Below are positions 20,145 through 29,020 of a stretch of DNA of 64,000 nucleotides, in pieces. Both the position numbers and the translations under genes were made by a program. How positions within the stretch are numbered: the stretch's first letter is position 1; each line of letters begins with the position of its first letter. The DNA comes from Bdellovibrionota bacterium. GTDB lineage: Bacteria; Bdellovibrionota_C; UBA2361; CAKMMH01. The notes under the pieces were generated by a model that made no database searches, was not told the DNA's origin, and saw only the letters and a list, made by a program, of their open reading frames with translations. Location: positions 160,001 through 224,000 of the forward strand of contig JBMNLI010000012.1 of assembly GCA_050952645.1 (NCBI GenBank), read 5' to 3'.

Positions 20145-20198
20145 ATAACGTATAATAAAAAGAATTGATGGAAAATACAAGCAAGGGAAAAGTTTTTT

Positions 20199-21075
20199 AT
20201 GGTATTATCAAAAATAAAGTTTTGGTTTAGAGCCGCAAGAGGCTATTCACTTCCGATGAGTGCTTTAAGTTTTTTAGTAGTGTTCGTTTGGTGCTTAAAA
20301 CTTAAAGGGAATGCTATTTATGGTCTATTTTCACTTATCGGGATAGTTTTTTCACATCTAGGCACGAATCTTTTCGATGATTTTATAGATTTTAAAAATA
20401 ATATTTCTAAGCAAGATGTTGAGAGAGTCTATTTTGAAGAAGCAAATATTTCATTAAAAACGATTTTTTTTGCGTCTTTTTTATGCTTTTCTATCGCCGT
20501 ATTTATCGGATTGTTTTTCGTTATAAAAATAGGTTTTTTAGTTTTAGTAATAAGTTTACTTACTGGAATGTTATGCCTTTTATACCCTAAATTAAACCAC
20601 TATTCGTTTGGAGAGATAGCGATTTTTTTTAATCTTTGGTCCTAATATATTTTATGGTGTAAGCTTAGTTATGGGAGTGCCATTTAGTAGAGAGTTAATG
20701 ATGATTTCAGTGCTAGTAGGTATTCTTACAGTAGTATTGCTTTTATCGCATGCTTTTATGGACTTTGATAGCGATAAAAAAAATAACAAGAAAACGCTTC
20801 TAGTTCGTTTGAAAACTAAAGAGCGAGCATTGAATTTTTTATTTTTGTTAGTTTTTATATCTTACGTGCTAATTTTTTTGTTAGTCTATTTTAAGATAAT
20901 ATCTTGCGTAGGGTTAATCGCAATTTTTACATTGCCTATGGTCTATAGGCTTTATACTTATTTAAAAGAATATATAAAAAATCCTTTGCCTAATGTGTTT
21001 TTAAGAAATTTTAAATTAGCTAGAAACTTAGTATCAAGTTTAGATGTAATTTTAGCGATAGCCATTATTTTTTAG
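20199..21075 (+). pseudogene. menA: UbiA-family prenyltransferase, MenA-like, split by one +1 frameshift (probably a sequencing error)
   Basis: NLFDDFIDF and DFDSDKKNNKKTL Asp motifs. Removing one T in the T8 run at 20623-20630 joins the two ORFs as GEIAIFLIFGP. Divergent from the polyprenyl synthase. Confidence 0.75.
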
Positions 21076-21278
21076 GCTGTTATTTTTTAAGTAGGTATTT
21101 TTTAAGTAGGTATTTTTTAAGTAAGTGTTTTAAAAATAAATATTTTTAAAGTAGAAAGAAAAAAGTAGAGAAACAAAAATAAAACAACAAATAAAACAAT
21201 AAATAAAATAATTAAGAAATAATCAAAGAGAGAATAGGAGAGAAAAAGAAAAAGAAATAAGAAAGAAAAAAGAAAAAA

Positions 21279-21355
21279 TGGCGTCCCCAATGGGATTCGA
21301 ACCCATGTTTACAGCGTGAAAGGCTGCTGTCCTAGGCCGACTAGACGATGGGGAC
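21279..21355 (-). tRNA. tRNA-Glu (TTC)
   Basis: Reverse complement GTCCCCATCGTCTAGTCGGCCTAGGACAGCAGCCTTTCACGCTGTAAACATGGGTTCGAATCCCATTGGGGACGCCA folds as a cloverleaf with anticodon TTC and an encoded CCA. Confidence 0.97.
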
Positions 21356-21413
21356 GCAAGGACTTAAACTTTTTTAAAGTTTTTTCTTTGAGCTTATCCT
21401 CAAAGACTCGTAA

Positions 21414-21442
21414 AGAATATAAAAATTTTAGAATTTAATCAA
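21414..21442 (-). promoter_or_regulatory. Sigma70-like promoter for tRNA-Glu
   Basis: TTGATT-N17-TATTCT on the minus strand. Confidence 0.45.
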
Positions 21443-21490
21443 GACTTTTATTATAATAATTATAATATTTGCTATAAAACTTTAGAGCAT

Positions 21491-22561
21491 ATGGAAAACT
21501 TAACACTATCTTACGATAAATTGTGTAAAATCACAGAAAGTAGCGGTGCAAATCTTTGTGGCGTGTCGGAAGCTAAAAGTTTGGGTAGTAAAGCTTTTAA
21601 AAAGTGGCAAGATAAAGGAGGTCAAGGTGATTTAGAATACTTAAAAAAAGATCCCGATTTTTATTTTACCCCTACTAATTTGCTAAAAGAGGCCAAGAGC
21701 GTTTTAATATTTTTATTTTTCTACGAAGATAGCTCTTATAATCTTTTAGAATGTCCTAGTGGGTTTGCACGTGTAGCTAGGTTTGCGTATGGGAAAAACT
21801 ATCATAAAGTTATTAAGAAAAATTTAGAAAGTATCGCTAAACTTATTAGTGAAGAAATAAAAAGCGATGATTTTAAGTATAGAGTTTTTGTAGATGCCGT
21901 TCCATTGCAAGAACGAAGTTTCGCAAGAAACGCTAATTTAGGTTTTATTGGCAACTCTTCGATGCTAGTAAATGAAGATTTTGGATCGTATTTTTTTATA
22001 AGTGAAATTATTACTAATATAACTATAACCGATATACCGATAAAAAAGAGGAGAGAATATTCTAATAATTGTGATAGTTGCAATAATTGTCTTAAAGCTT
22101 GCGTAAATAATGTTAAAAAGGAGGGGTTCTTTAGTGTAAATAGATGCACTTCGTATTTAACTATTGAAAAAAAGGGGGTTATTAAAAAAGAAGATTGGAA
22201 ACTTTTAGGAGATTGGATTTTTGGTTGTGATTTTTGCCAAGTAGCCTGTCCATTTAATGCTAAAGGTAAAAAAATAGCACATAGGCTTAATTTAGGAGCT
22301 AGCATTACTAAAAATGGTCTTGTAAGTATTAAGGATTTACTAACTATAAAAGATGATAAGGAGTTTTTAAAAAGGTTTGCTGGCACATCTTTTATGCGTG
22401 CTAAAAGAGAGAATATTATTAGAAATAGTCTTATAGTTCTTGCTAATCAAAAAAACATTAAGTTTCTTGATATAATTGAAAGTTTAAGCAATAATGATGA
22501 AAGTAGGGTCGTAAGATGCACTGCAAAGGAAGTTTTTGAAGAGCTCTTATTATCGTTATAA
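21491..22561 (+). CDS. queG: Epoxyqueuosine reductase
   Basis: ARFAYGKNYH, VDAVPLQER, CDSCNNCLKAC, RCTSY and FGCDFCQVACP motifs. Confidence 0.92.
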   Translation: MENLTLSYDKLCKITESSGANLCGVSEAKSLGSKAFKKWQDKGGQGDLEYLKKDPDFYFTPTNLLKEAKSVLIFLFFYEDSSYNLLECPSGFARVARFAYGKNYHKVIKKNLESIAKLISEEIKSDDFKYRVFVDAVPLQERSFARNANLGFIGNSSMLVNEDFGSYFFISEIITNITITDIPIKKRREYSNNCDSCNNCLKACVNNVKKEGFFSVNRCTSYLTIEKKGVIKKEDWKLLGDWIFGCDFCQVACPFNAKGKKIAHRLNLGASITKNGLVSIKDLLTIKDDKEFLKRFAGTSFMRAKRENIIRNSLIVLANQKNIKFLDIIESLSNNDESRVVRCTAKEVFEELLLSL

Positions 22562-22624
22562 AAGATATATTTATAAGGATATATAAAGTTTTAAGAAACA
22601 AGCTTTTAAAAATGTATTTCTTTT

Positions 22625-22740
22625 AAGTTTAGAAAAAAAAGTTTTAGAAAAAGAAGTTTTAGAAAAAGAAGTTTTAGAAAAAGAAGTTTTAGAAAAAGAA
22701 GTTTAGAAAAAGAAGTTTAGAAAAAGAAGTTTAGAAAAAG
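22625..22740 (+). repeat. Tandem repeat, 8 copies of a 14-15 bp unit AAGTTT(T)AGAAAAAG
   Basis: One degenerate unit, four 15-bp units and three 14-bp units, ending 11 bp before the next ATG. Confidence 0.9.
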
Positions 22741-22751
22741 GAATTTTGTAA

Positions 22752-23375
22752 ATGAAAAAAATATCATCAGAACTAATAAAAAACAGATTATCAATTTTTA
22801 TTTTAATTATTTTAGCGTCAAATTTTTTAATTTCTTGCACACCGAGTTTAGAAAATTCATTAAATATTAATGCTATTAGTGCGCCTAAAAAAGAAGAATC
22901 TAAAATAAAAAATGTTTACAAAAGCACGGTAAAACCAAGAGTTAGAGTGGGCATAGTAAACGATGTTAGAAATCATAAAATAGTAGGAGAAATGCACGGA
23001 CGCTCTTATACAGAGGCGCAAGATAGCACAAAGATTATTCAAATGGGAATAGAAAAATATTTTAATGATAATGATTACGACGTAGTGTTATTTAATGCCC
23101 CAACGATAGTAGGGGAGCTACACAATTGGATGGTTTACATCAATCCAAAAACTTTTACTAATAAGGTCGAAGCAAAAACGGAGGTTATTTTATCTCTTTT
23201 AGATAGAAAAGGCAGAGTAATATATCGCTCGATTTATTCTGGAAGTTATGGCGAAACTGGAATGTTTTTCTCTCAAGCAGATATAGAAAGAACGTTAACT
23301 TACGCTATGCACTACGCTTTAAGGGGCGCTAGTAATGATGCTAGAATGAGGCAGCTTATTAGGGAAAATCAATAA
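22752..23375 (+). CDS. Putative lipoprotein (YajG-like fold possible)
   Basis: Signal peptide with lipobox LISC and a V.DVR motif. Confidence 0.65.
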   Translation: MKKISSELIKNRLSIFILIILASNFLISCTPSLENSLNINAISAPKKEESKIKNVYKSTVKPRVRVGIVNDVRNHKIVGEMHGRSYTEAQDSTKIIQMGIEKYFNDNDYDVVLFNAPTIVGELHNWMVYINPKTFTNKVEAKTEVILSLLDRKGRVIYRSIYSGSYGETGMFFSQADIERTLTYAMHYALRGASNDARMRQLIRENQ

Positions 23376-23436
23376 GTGAAATCAATAAAGTGAAAATCGA
23401 TAAAGTCTTTTAGTTTTTAAGATTGCATTTTTAAAT

Positions 23437-24636
23437 ATGGTTATCTCTATAAGAAAATCAACTAAAGAAGACAGAGATATAATTATTTCGGTCATAGATA
23501 GAGCTTTTGAAAGGTCTAAGGAGGAGAGCTTTGAGTTTCGCTACCCTGTGCTTTTTAATGATAAAAGAATTACGGAATATTATATCGCTGAATATGATGG
23601 AAATGTAGCAGGAGTTCTAGGTGCTTATAGAGTAGACCTATTTATAAATAATATTAGGTTTAATGCACGTGGAATAGGTGCAGTTTCTACATTGCATAAG
23701 TATAGAAATAGAGGCGTTATGACTAGCCTTTTAAATTTTGCAATAGAAGAAATGAAAAAGGAAGATATCGATATTAGTTATCTTTGGGGAGAACGCTTTA
23801 GGTATGGAAACTTTGGCTGGGCTCAAGGCGGAGAGGCTAAGATAGTTTCTTTTAGGCAAAAGCAGATGGCGCATCTAATAGAGCCTAATGATAGTATAAA
23901 AGATGATATAAAAGATGATATAAAAGTTGCGACCTCTAAAGATGCCTCTTTAGTCTACGATTTGATTAGGGAAAAATTTTCTTATTTAGATTTTACTAAG
24001 GAAGATATAGCTAGCATGCTTAATGGAAAAAGGCTTAGTGGGCTTAGGTTAAACGACTCGTTTGTGTTTTGGACATGTAGCAAAGTAAATATCATAGAGG
24101 CATTAGGCGATGCAAAAGATATTTTAAAGCTTGCATCTTTTTGTCTTTTGGAAAATCAAAAAGAGAATCAAAAGGAGAATCAAAAAGAAAATCCTAAAGC
24201 CGAGTTTGTTGAGATTGAAGCTTCTAAAGGTTGTAAAGGTTTATTAGAGATTCTTACAGATTACGCTTCGATAGTTCAAACTACGAGTAGTGCAAATTTT
24301 AGAATTATAAACTTTGAAACTTTTCTAAAGAAATTTGCAAAGGCTATGAGTTTTAAATTGCCTAATGTTAAAGAGAGCATATCGCTTGGAAGTTTAGCTA
24401 CTAATAAAGCTTTTACGCTTTCTTGTATTGATAGGGCTTGCATTGATAATAAAGCACTTTTAGTGAAAGAGTGCAATCCTAGCAAGGCTGTGATGCTTAA
24501 TGAAAAAGATTTATCTGAGGTGTTTTTTGGAGAGCTGCCGATAGATATTTTTTTAAAGGATCTTTCTCAGAACTCTATTTTTAGAAGCATACTTCCTATA
24601 AGAGAACTGCATATAAGTAAGTTTTATCGTTTGTAG
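23437..24636 (+). CDS. GNAT N-acetyltransferase, Eis-like
   Basis: GIGAVSTLHKYRNRGVM acetyl-CoA motif and RYGNFGW; about 400 aa. Confidence 0.8.
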   Translation: MVISIRKSTKEDRDIIISVIDRAFERSKEESFEFRYPVLFNDKRITEYYIAEYDGNVAGVLGAYRVDLFINNIRFNARGIGAVSTLHKYRNRGVMTSLLNFAIEEMKKEDIDISYLWGERFRYGNFGWAQGGEAKIVSFRQKQMAHLIEPNDSIKDDIKDDIKVATSKDASLVYDLIREKFSYLDFTKEDIASMLNGKRLSGLRLNDSFVFWTCSKVNIIEALGDAKDILKLASFCLLENQKENQKENQKENPKAEFVEIEASKGCKGLLEILTDYASIVQTTSSANFRIINFETFLKKFAKAMSFKLPNVKESISLGSLATNKAFTLSCIDRACIDNKALLVKECNPSKAVMLNEKDLSEVFFGELPIDIFLKDLSQNSIFRSILPIRELHISKFYRL

Positions 24637-24645
24637 AAGTTTTGG

Positions 24646-24670
24646 GTTCTTCACGTTTTGGGTGGGGGTG
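24646..24670. repeat. Isolated end of the long-hairpin repeat family
   Basis: GTTCTTCACGTTTTGGGTGGGGG matches the family terminus. Confidence 0.5.
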
Positions 24671-24779
24671 ATTTTTATTTTTCGCATTGCGGATAAATAG
24701 TTTGTTGTGTTATCTTAAGCTAGATATAAATAAACGTGTTGCAGGTTGTAAAATAGATTTTAGAAAGGGAAAATATTTT

Positions 24780-26048
24780 ATGTCAATTTTAAGTAGTGAT
24801 TTAAGTAGCAATAAAACTAACGTTTATTCCATAGGAGAAAATGTTAGAGTAGTTCTTTATAAAATGTCTTATTTAAATTCAGTTTCTTACAGTATATGGC
24901 TTCCTGGGGGAGGCGTAGCGGATACGGAAGATAAAATAGGTGCATCTATATTTTTGCCTGAAATAACGGCAAGAGGGATTTTAGGATTTGATGCTAAAGC
25001 GCTTAGCGATGCGTTCGATGGATTAGGCGTAAGCCACGGTGAATATACTTTTCTAGATTCTTTTGTTTACCAAGGAACTTGCTTAAAGCATACGGCAAAA
25101 GATGTGCTAAGTAAAGTTTTAGATATGATCTATAAGCCTACATTTCCTAAAGAAGAGATCGAAAATATAAGGGAAGCTTGCCTCCAAGACCTGCAGGCTT
25201 TAGAAGATAACCCATCGAAACTAGTTATCGATAAGCTTAATGAAAAATACCACAATGCACCTTTTAATAGAGGAGGAAATGGCACAAGAAAGGGAATTTT
25301 AGAAACCTCATTAAAAGATATAAAGGCGCTTTATGATAAGTATTACAAAGCACGAGTGCTTATCGTGCTTACGGGAAATTTCGATGATGATATATTAAAA
25401 TATTTAGAAGATTATTATAGTGATAAAAAACTTAAATCTGAGTATGAAAAACCATCATACACTCATAGGGATAGTTTCAATTATTTTCACTTTGATTACG
25501 ATGGTGAGCAAACTCAAATAGCGATAGCTTCAAAAGCGCCTAGTGTATTATCTGAGGATTACTATGCGGCAAGATTAGCCTCCGAGCTTTTATCTGGTGG
25601 CATGTTTGGAAAACTGTTTTTAGAAGTAAGAGAAAAGCGAGGGCTAGTGTATGCCGTTAAAAATTTCTATATCTCTAATCAGTATTATGGTAAAAATGTT
25701 TTATATGCTGGCACTACTCCTAAAAATGCTAAAGAAACGTTGCGTGTAGTGTTAAATACGATAAAAACTTTAGGAGATAATTTAACTAAAGAAGAGTTTT
25801 TAAGAGCAAAGACTAATTTTAAGTCTAAAATTTTAATTCAAGGAGAGTCTTCTCTTTCACGTGCATCGAGGATTGCAGTCGATATGTGGCAATTAGGAAA
25901 GTATAGGGAGAAAGAGTATATAATAAATAAAATAGATGCCCTTACAATAGATGATATTAAAGAGTATTTAAAAAAGTATCCTTATAAGGATTATACGATT
26001 GTAAGTTTAGGAAAAGATGAGATTAGTGAAGTTGCAAAGGAGTTATAA
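24780..26048 (+). CDS. M16 family peptidase, non-catalytic subunit
   Basis: M16 layout including LFLEVREKRGLVY, but the HxxEH position reads IFLPE. Start placed at ATG 24780 after AAAGGG. Confidence 0.85.
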   Translation: MSILSSDLSSNKTNVYSIGENVRVVLYKMSYLNSVSYSIWLPGGGVADTEDKIGASIFLPEITARGILGFDAKALSDAFDGLGVSHGEYTFLDSFVYQGTCLKHTAKDVLSKVLDMIYKPTFPKEEIENIREACLQDLQALEDNPSKLVIDKLNEKYHNAPFNRGGNGTRKGILETSLKDIKALYDKYYKARVLIVLTGNFDDDILKYLEDYYSDKKLKSEYEKPSYTHRDSFNYFHFDYDGEQTQIAIASKAPSVLSEDYYAARLASELLSGGMFGKLFLEVREKRGLVYAVKNFYISNQYYGKNVLYAGTTPKNAKETLRVVLNTIKTLGDNLTKEEFLRAKTNFKSKILIQGESSLSRASRIAVDMWQLGKYREKEYIINKIDALTIDDIKEYLKKYPYKDYTIVSLGKDEISEVAKEL

Positions 26049-26053
26049 GTAAT

Positions 26054-27295
26054 ATGGTAGAGTTTACAAATCAAAAATTAAGTAGTGGTTTAGATGTAGT
26101 ATTAGAATACAATCCCGATTGTTCTTCGTGCGCCGTAGGTTATTTTGTAAAGGCTGGTTCGAGAAATGAGACGATAAAAATTGCTGGCATCTCTCATTTT
26201 CTAGAGCATATGTCATTTAAGGGAACTAGCAATAGGAGCGCAGCGGATATAAGTTTTGATATGGGAAGTTTAGGGGCAAGAGCTAATGCTTTTACATCGG
26301 AAGAGTTCACGGTTTATTATGGCGCTGTGATTCCTGAGAATCTTGTTGCTTTTTTAGATATTTTAACGGATATGCAAAAGCCTCTTTTCGATAAAAAAGA
26401 GTTCGACCTTGAAAAGCAAGTTATATTAGAAGAGATAGCTTTATATAAAGATGTGCCTGAGGTAGATTTACTAGATTTATCTTACCAAAATTTTTTTACA
26501 GACCATCCTATGGGAAACTCGGTTATAGGGACTAGTGAAACTATAAAGGGTGTGCAGGTAGAGGATATGAAAGCCTATCACGCCTCTTTATATGCGTGTA
26601 ATAATGTAGTTCTTGCAGTAGCTGGAAATTTTGATAGAAAGGCGCTAGAAGATTATATAGAAACTGCTCAAAGCAGGTTAAATCCGCCTAGTAATATAGT
26701 TCATCCTAAAAAAGCTTTTAAGCCGATTAAGAAAGAGAGAGTGTTTGTTAAAAATAATCTTACTCAAGCTCATAGTTTATTTTTAGTAAACGGTGCGTCT
26801 GTTTACGATGATGATAAGTATGAGCTTAGCGTGCTAGCAAATATTATAGGCGATAGCACTGGGTCTAAATTATACTGGGAGCTTCTTTATCAAGGAATTT
26901 GTGAAGATGTGTCGGTTTATAGCGACGAGCGGCTTGATGGTGGAGCCATTGTATTTTACGCATCATCGACTAGAGAAAACCAAGAAAAAGTAAAACAAGC
27001 TTTATTAAAGCATATAAATTCCCTAGATGATTTTACAGATGAAGAGCTAGAGAGGGCTAAAACTAAGATTATGTCTAATATCACGTTTAGCTCTGAAACT
27101 CCATTTTCTAGACTCGTTTCTCTTGGAACTCACTACCATTTCTTAAAAGAAGAGCATAATGTAAATAAGATAATCGAGCGAATAAGGAAAATTACTAAAA
27201 ATGATGTTAAAAGGGCTATATCTAAATTAGATTTAGAAAATATTGGAAGTTATAGCATGGTAGGAGATAGTCTAGAGGGCAGTATAGAGGGATAG
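26054..27295 (+). CDS. M16 family zinc peptidase, catalytic subunit
   Basis: GSRNE, HFLEHMSFKGT, NAFT and EKQVILEE motifs. Confidence 0.92.
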   Translation: MVEFTNQKLSSGLDVVLEYNPDCSSCAVGYFVKAGSRNETIKIAGISHFLEHMSFKGTSNRSAADISFDMGSLGARANAFTSEEFTVYYGAVIPENLVAFLDILTDMQKPLFDKKEFDLEKQVILEEIALYKDVPEVDLLDLSYQNFFTDHPMGNSVIGTSETIKGVQVEDMKAYHASLYACNNVVLAVAGNFDRKALEDYIETAQSRLNPPSNIVHPKKAFKPIKKERVFVKNNLTQAHSLFLVNGASVYDDDKYELSVLANIIGDSTGSKLYWELLYQGICEDVSVYSDERLDGGAIVFYASSTRENQEKVKQALLKHINSLDDFTDEELERAKTKIMSNITFSSETPFSRLVSLGTHYHFLKEEHNVNKIIERIRKITKNDVKRAISKLDLENIGSYSMVGDSLEGSIEG

Positions 27296-27769
27296 TAATT
27301 TTAAGGTTTTAACACACCTTTAAACGTGAAGAACTATTTTGGTTCTTTGACGTTTTAGGTGGGTTAGAAAAATTGTTTTTGGAGGTTAGCTTAAAAGAAA
27401 GTTGACTTTTATATAAAACTAACTATAGTTTAAAAAAAATTACAGCTATATTTAAAGTCAATTTTCTTTTAGGCTTCGTGAGTGAGTGATACTAATTTTT
27501 AAGGTTTTAACACGCCTTTAAACGTGAAGAACTATTTTGGTTCTTTGACGTTTTAGGTGGGTTAGAAAAATTGTTTTTAGAGGTTAGCTTAAAAGAAAAT
27601 TGACTTTTATATAAAACTAACTATAGTTTAAAAAAAATTACAGCTATATTTAAAGTCAATTTATTTTATGCAAATTCCTTTAAAGTTGTTAAAGTCAATT
27701 TTCTTTTAGGCTTCGTGGGTGAGTGATACTAATTTTTAAGGTTTTAACACACCTTCAACGGTAAAGAAA
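27296..27769 (+). repeat. Head-to-tail array of the long-hairpin repeat (half copy plus two full copies, 198-bp period)
   Basis: Right half 27296-27334; copy A 27342-27532; copy B 27540-27769 with an insertion of about 39 bp. Identical TATTTTG linkers separate the units. Confidence 0.9.
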
Positions 27770-27914
27770 GATTTTTTTTAAGAAAATTATAAGCAGTTTT
27801 GTTAATAATGCAGATAAATATATGTCGTAACCTTGAAATACGCTTGATAATACGATTGTGTTTTAAAGGTTTTACTAAAGGAACATCTCTTTTTGCATAG
27901 AAAGGAAACAAGAG

Positions 27915-28496
27915 ATGAGAAATGCGTTGCATATTAAGGCGATTTTCATTGTTCAACGAAGATGTTCTTCGGGGAAAGTACGAGAAGAATTTGTGTCAGT
28001 GCGAATCGTTATGGAGTATGACGGAAATTCTTCTAATGATGCTGTTATACAATTTGTTTAAAAGGTGTATCCTAAAGCAGAGCTTTGCTATGTTTCGATT
28101 CAATTTGGACTTTGTGAAGACTATATACAATTTAGCTCTAAGTTTGAACCCATTGAAATCTTTAAAAAAGATGATGTTGACGAAAGTCCTCTAGAAAAAG
28201 CGCTTGAAAGTTTCGATGAATCAATAAAATCCCAAGCTTATTATCTGGATTGTCGTAGGGTCGAGTTATGGCGTTGGCAGCGTATAGCGAAAAGCTCGTT
28301 TTTAGAACAATTTCATAATATTGTAATAATCGCATCTTCAGCTAGTCTCGGAATAGAAAATTTCTCAGAATGCGGTTCTCTACTATTCCCAAAAGAAAAA
28401 TTTGATGATTTATTGTTGCACGAATGTTTATATGACTTAAATTCTGGCTTTTCTTTAGGGCTAGCTCACCCTTACTTTTTTGGATCTCCTGACTAA
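27915..28496 (+). pseudogene. Hypothetical gene interrupted by an in-frame TAA
   Basis: AAAGGA RBS, then ATG 27915 reads MRNALHIKAIF...VIQFV*KVYPKAEL. TAA at 28059-28061 is in the same frame as ORF 28065-28496. Confidence 0.55.
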
Positions 28497-28532
28497 ACGG
28501 TAGCGCACCGATTTAAGCCTAAGTCTAACTCT

Positions 28533-28566
28533 AAAGGGGCGAACGCTTTAGCCGTTCGCCCCTTTT
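28533..28566 (+). terminator. Strong GC-rich hairpin terminator
   Basis: AAAGGGGCGAACG-CTTTAGC-CGTTCGCCCCTTT forms a perfect 13-bp stem. Confidence 0.75.
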
Positions 28567-28772
28567 AGGAGTTCTTTGTTTACTTTAGGTAGGCTTATTT
28601 TAGTTTTCTTGCGTTTAAATAAAGGCTCTAGAAGCAGTATCTTTTTGAGGTTACGACTTTTTTTTTAATCAAAATTTTTTTTTAGCCAAGATTTTGTCAT
28701 TTATTAAATAGAAAAAACATTATTATAACTCTTAACTTATCAAAATCATTATATAAATAAATTTTACCCTAC

Positions 28773-28789
28773 TTGGTATATTCTTTGCA
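28773..28789 (+). promoter_or_regulatory. Sigma54 (-24/-12) promoter of the flhB operon
   Basis: TTGGTATATTCTTTGCA has exact GG-N10-GC spacing; the same motif precedes fliK. Confidence 0.7.
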
Positions 28790-28828
28790 GAATATTCTAG
28801 TTGTATCTTAAAGTGTCAAAAAAATTTA

Positions 28829-28940
28829 GTTCTTTCACGTTTTAAGTGGGTTAGGAAAATAGTTTCTTTTTTAGGGGCTTTGTGGAGAGGTTGGACTAAT
28901 TTTAAAACTAACTTAAAACCCACCTTAAAACGTAAAGAAC
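28829..28940 (+). repeat. Full short copy of the long-hairpin repeat in the flhB leader
   Basis: GTTCTTTCACGTTTTAAGTGGGTT...AACCCACCTTAAAACGTAAAGAAC, with the internal GGCTTTGTG...ACTAATTTT motif. Confidence 0.8.
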
Positions 28941-29020
28941 AAAAAAAATTTTGTTTCTGTATTTTACTTTTGTTTTATTTTGCTTTTATTTAAAGGTATT
29001 TAAAGGGATTTATATAGACT

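Noticed and set aside
27307..27368. Integron attC site at the repeat junction (TTTTAAC...GTTAGAA)
   Set aside because: The spacer arms are complementary, there is no clear extrahelical base pattern, and no cassette ORFs or integrase are present. Solo copies show that the unit runs GTTCTT to AAGAAC.
27296..27769. CRISPR array
   Set aside because: The sequence between the recurring motifs is itself duplicated, so there are no unique spacers; the period is 198 bp and no cas genes are present.
27744..28194. ORFs 27744-27956 (-) and 27922-28194 (+) as genes
   Set aside because: They overlap the better-supported 27915 frame, which has an RBS and continuity through one stop, and they show no motifs.
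28523..28577. attC-like site after the interrupted ORF (GTCTAAC...GTT)
   Set aside because: The right box is GTTCTTT rather than GTTRRRY, and the stem is perfectly paired; a terminator explains it better.
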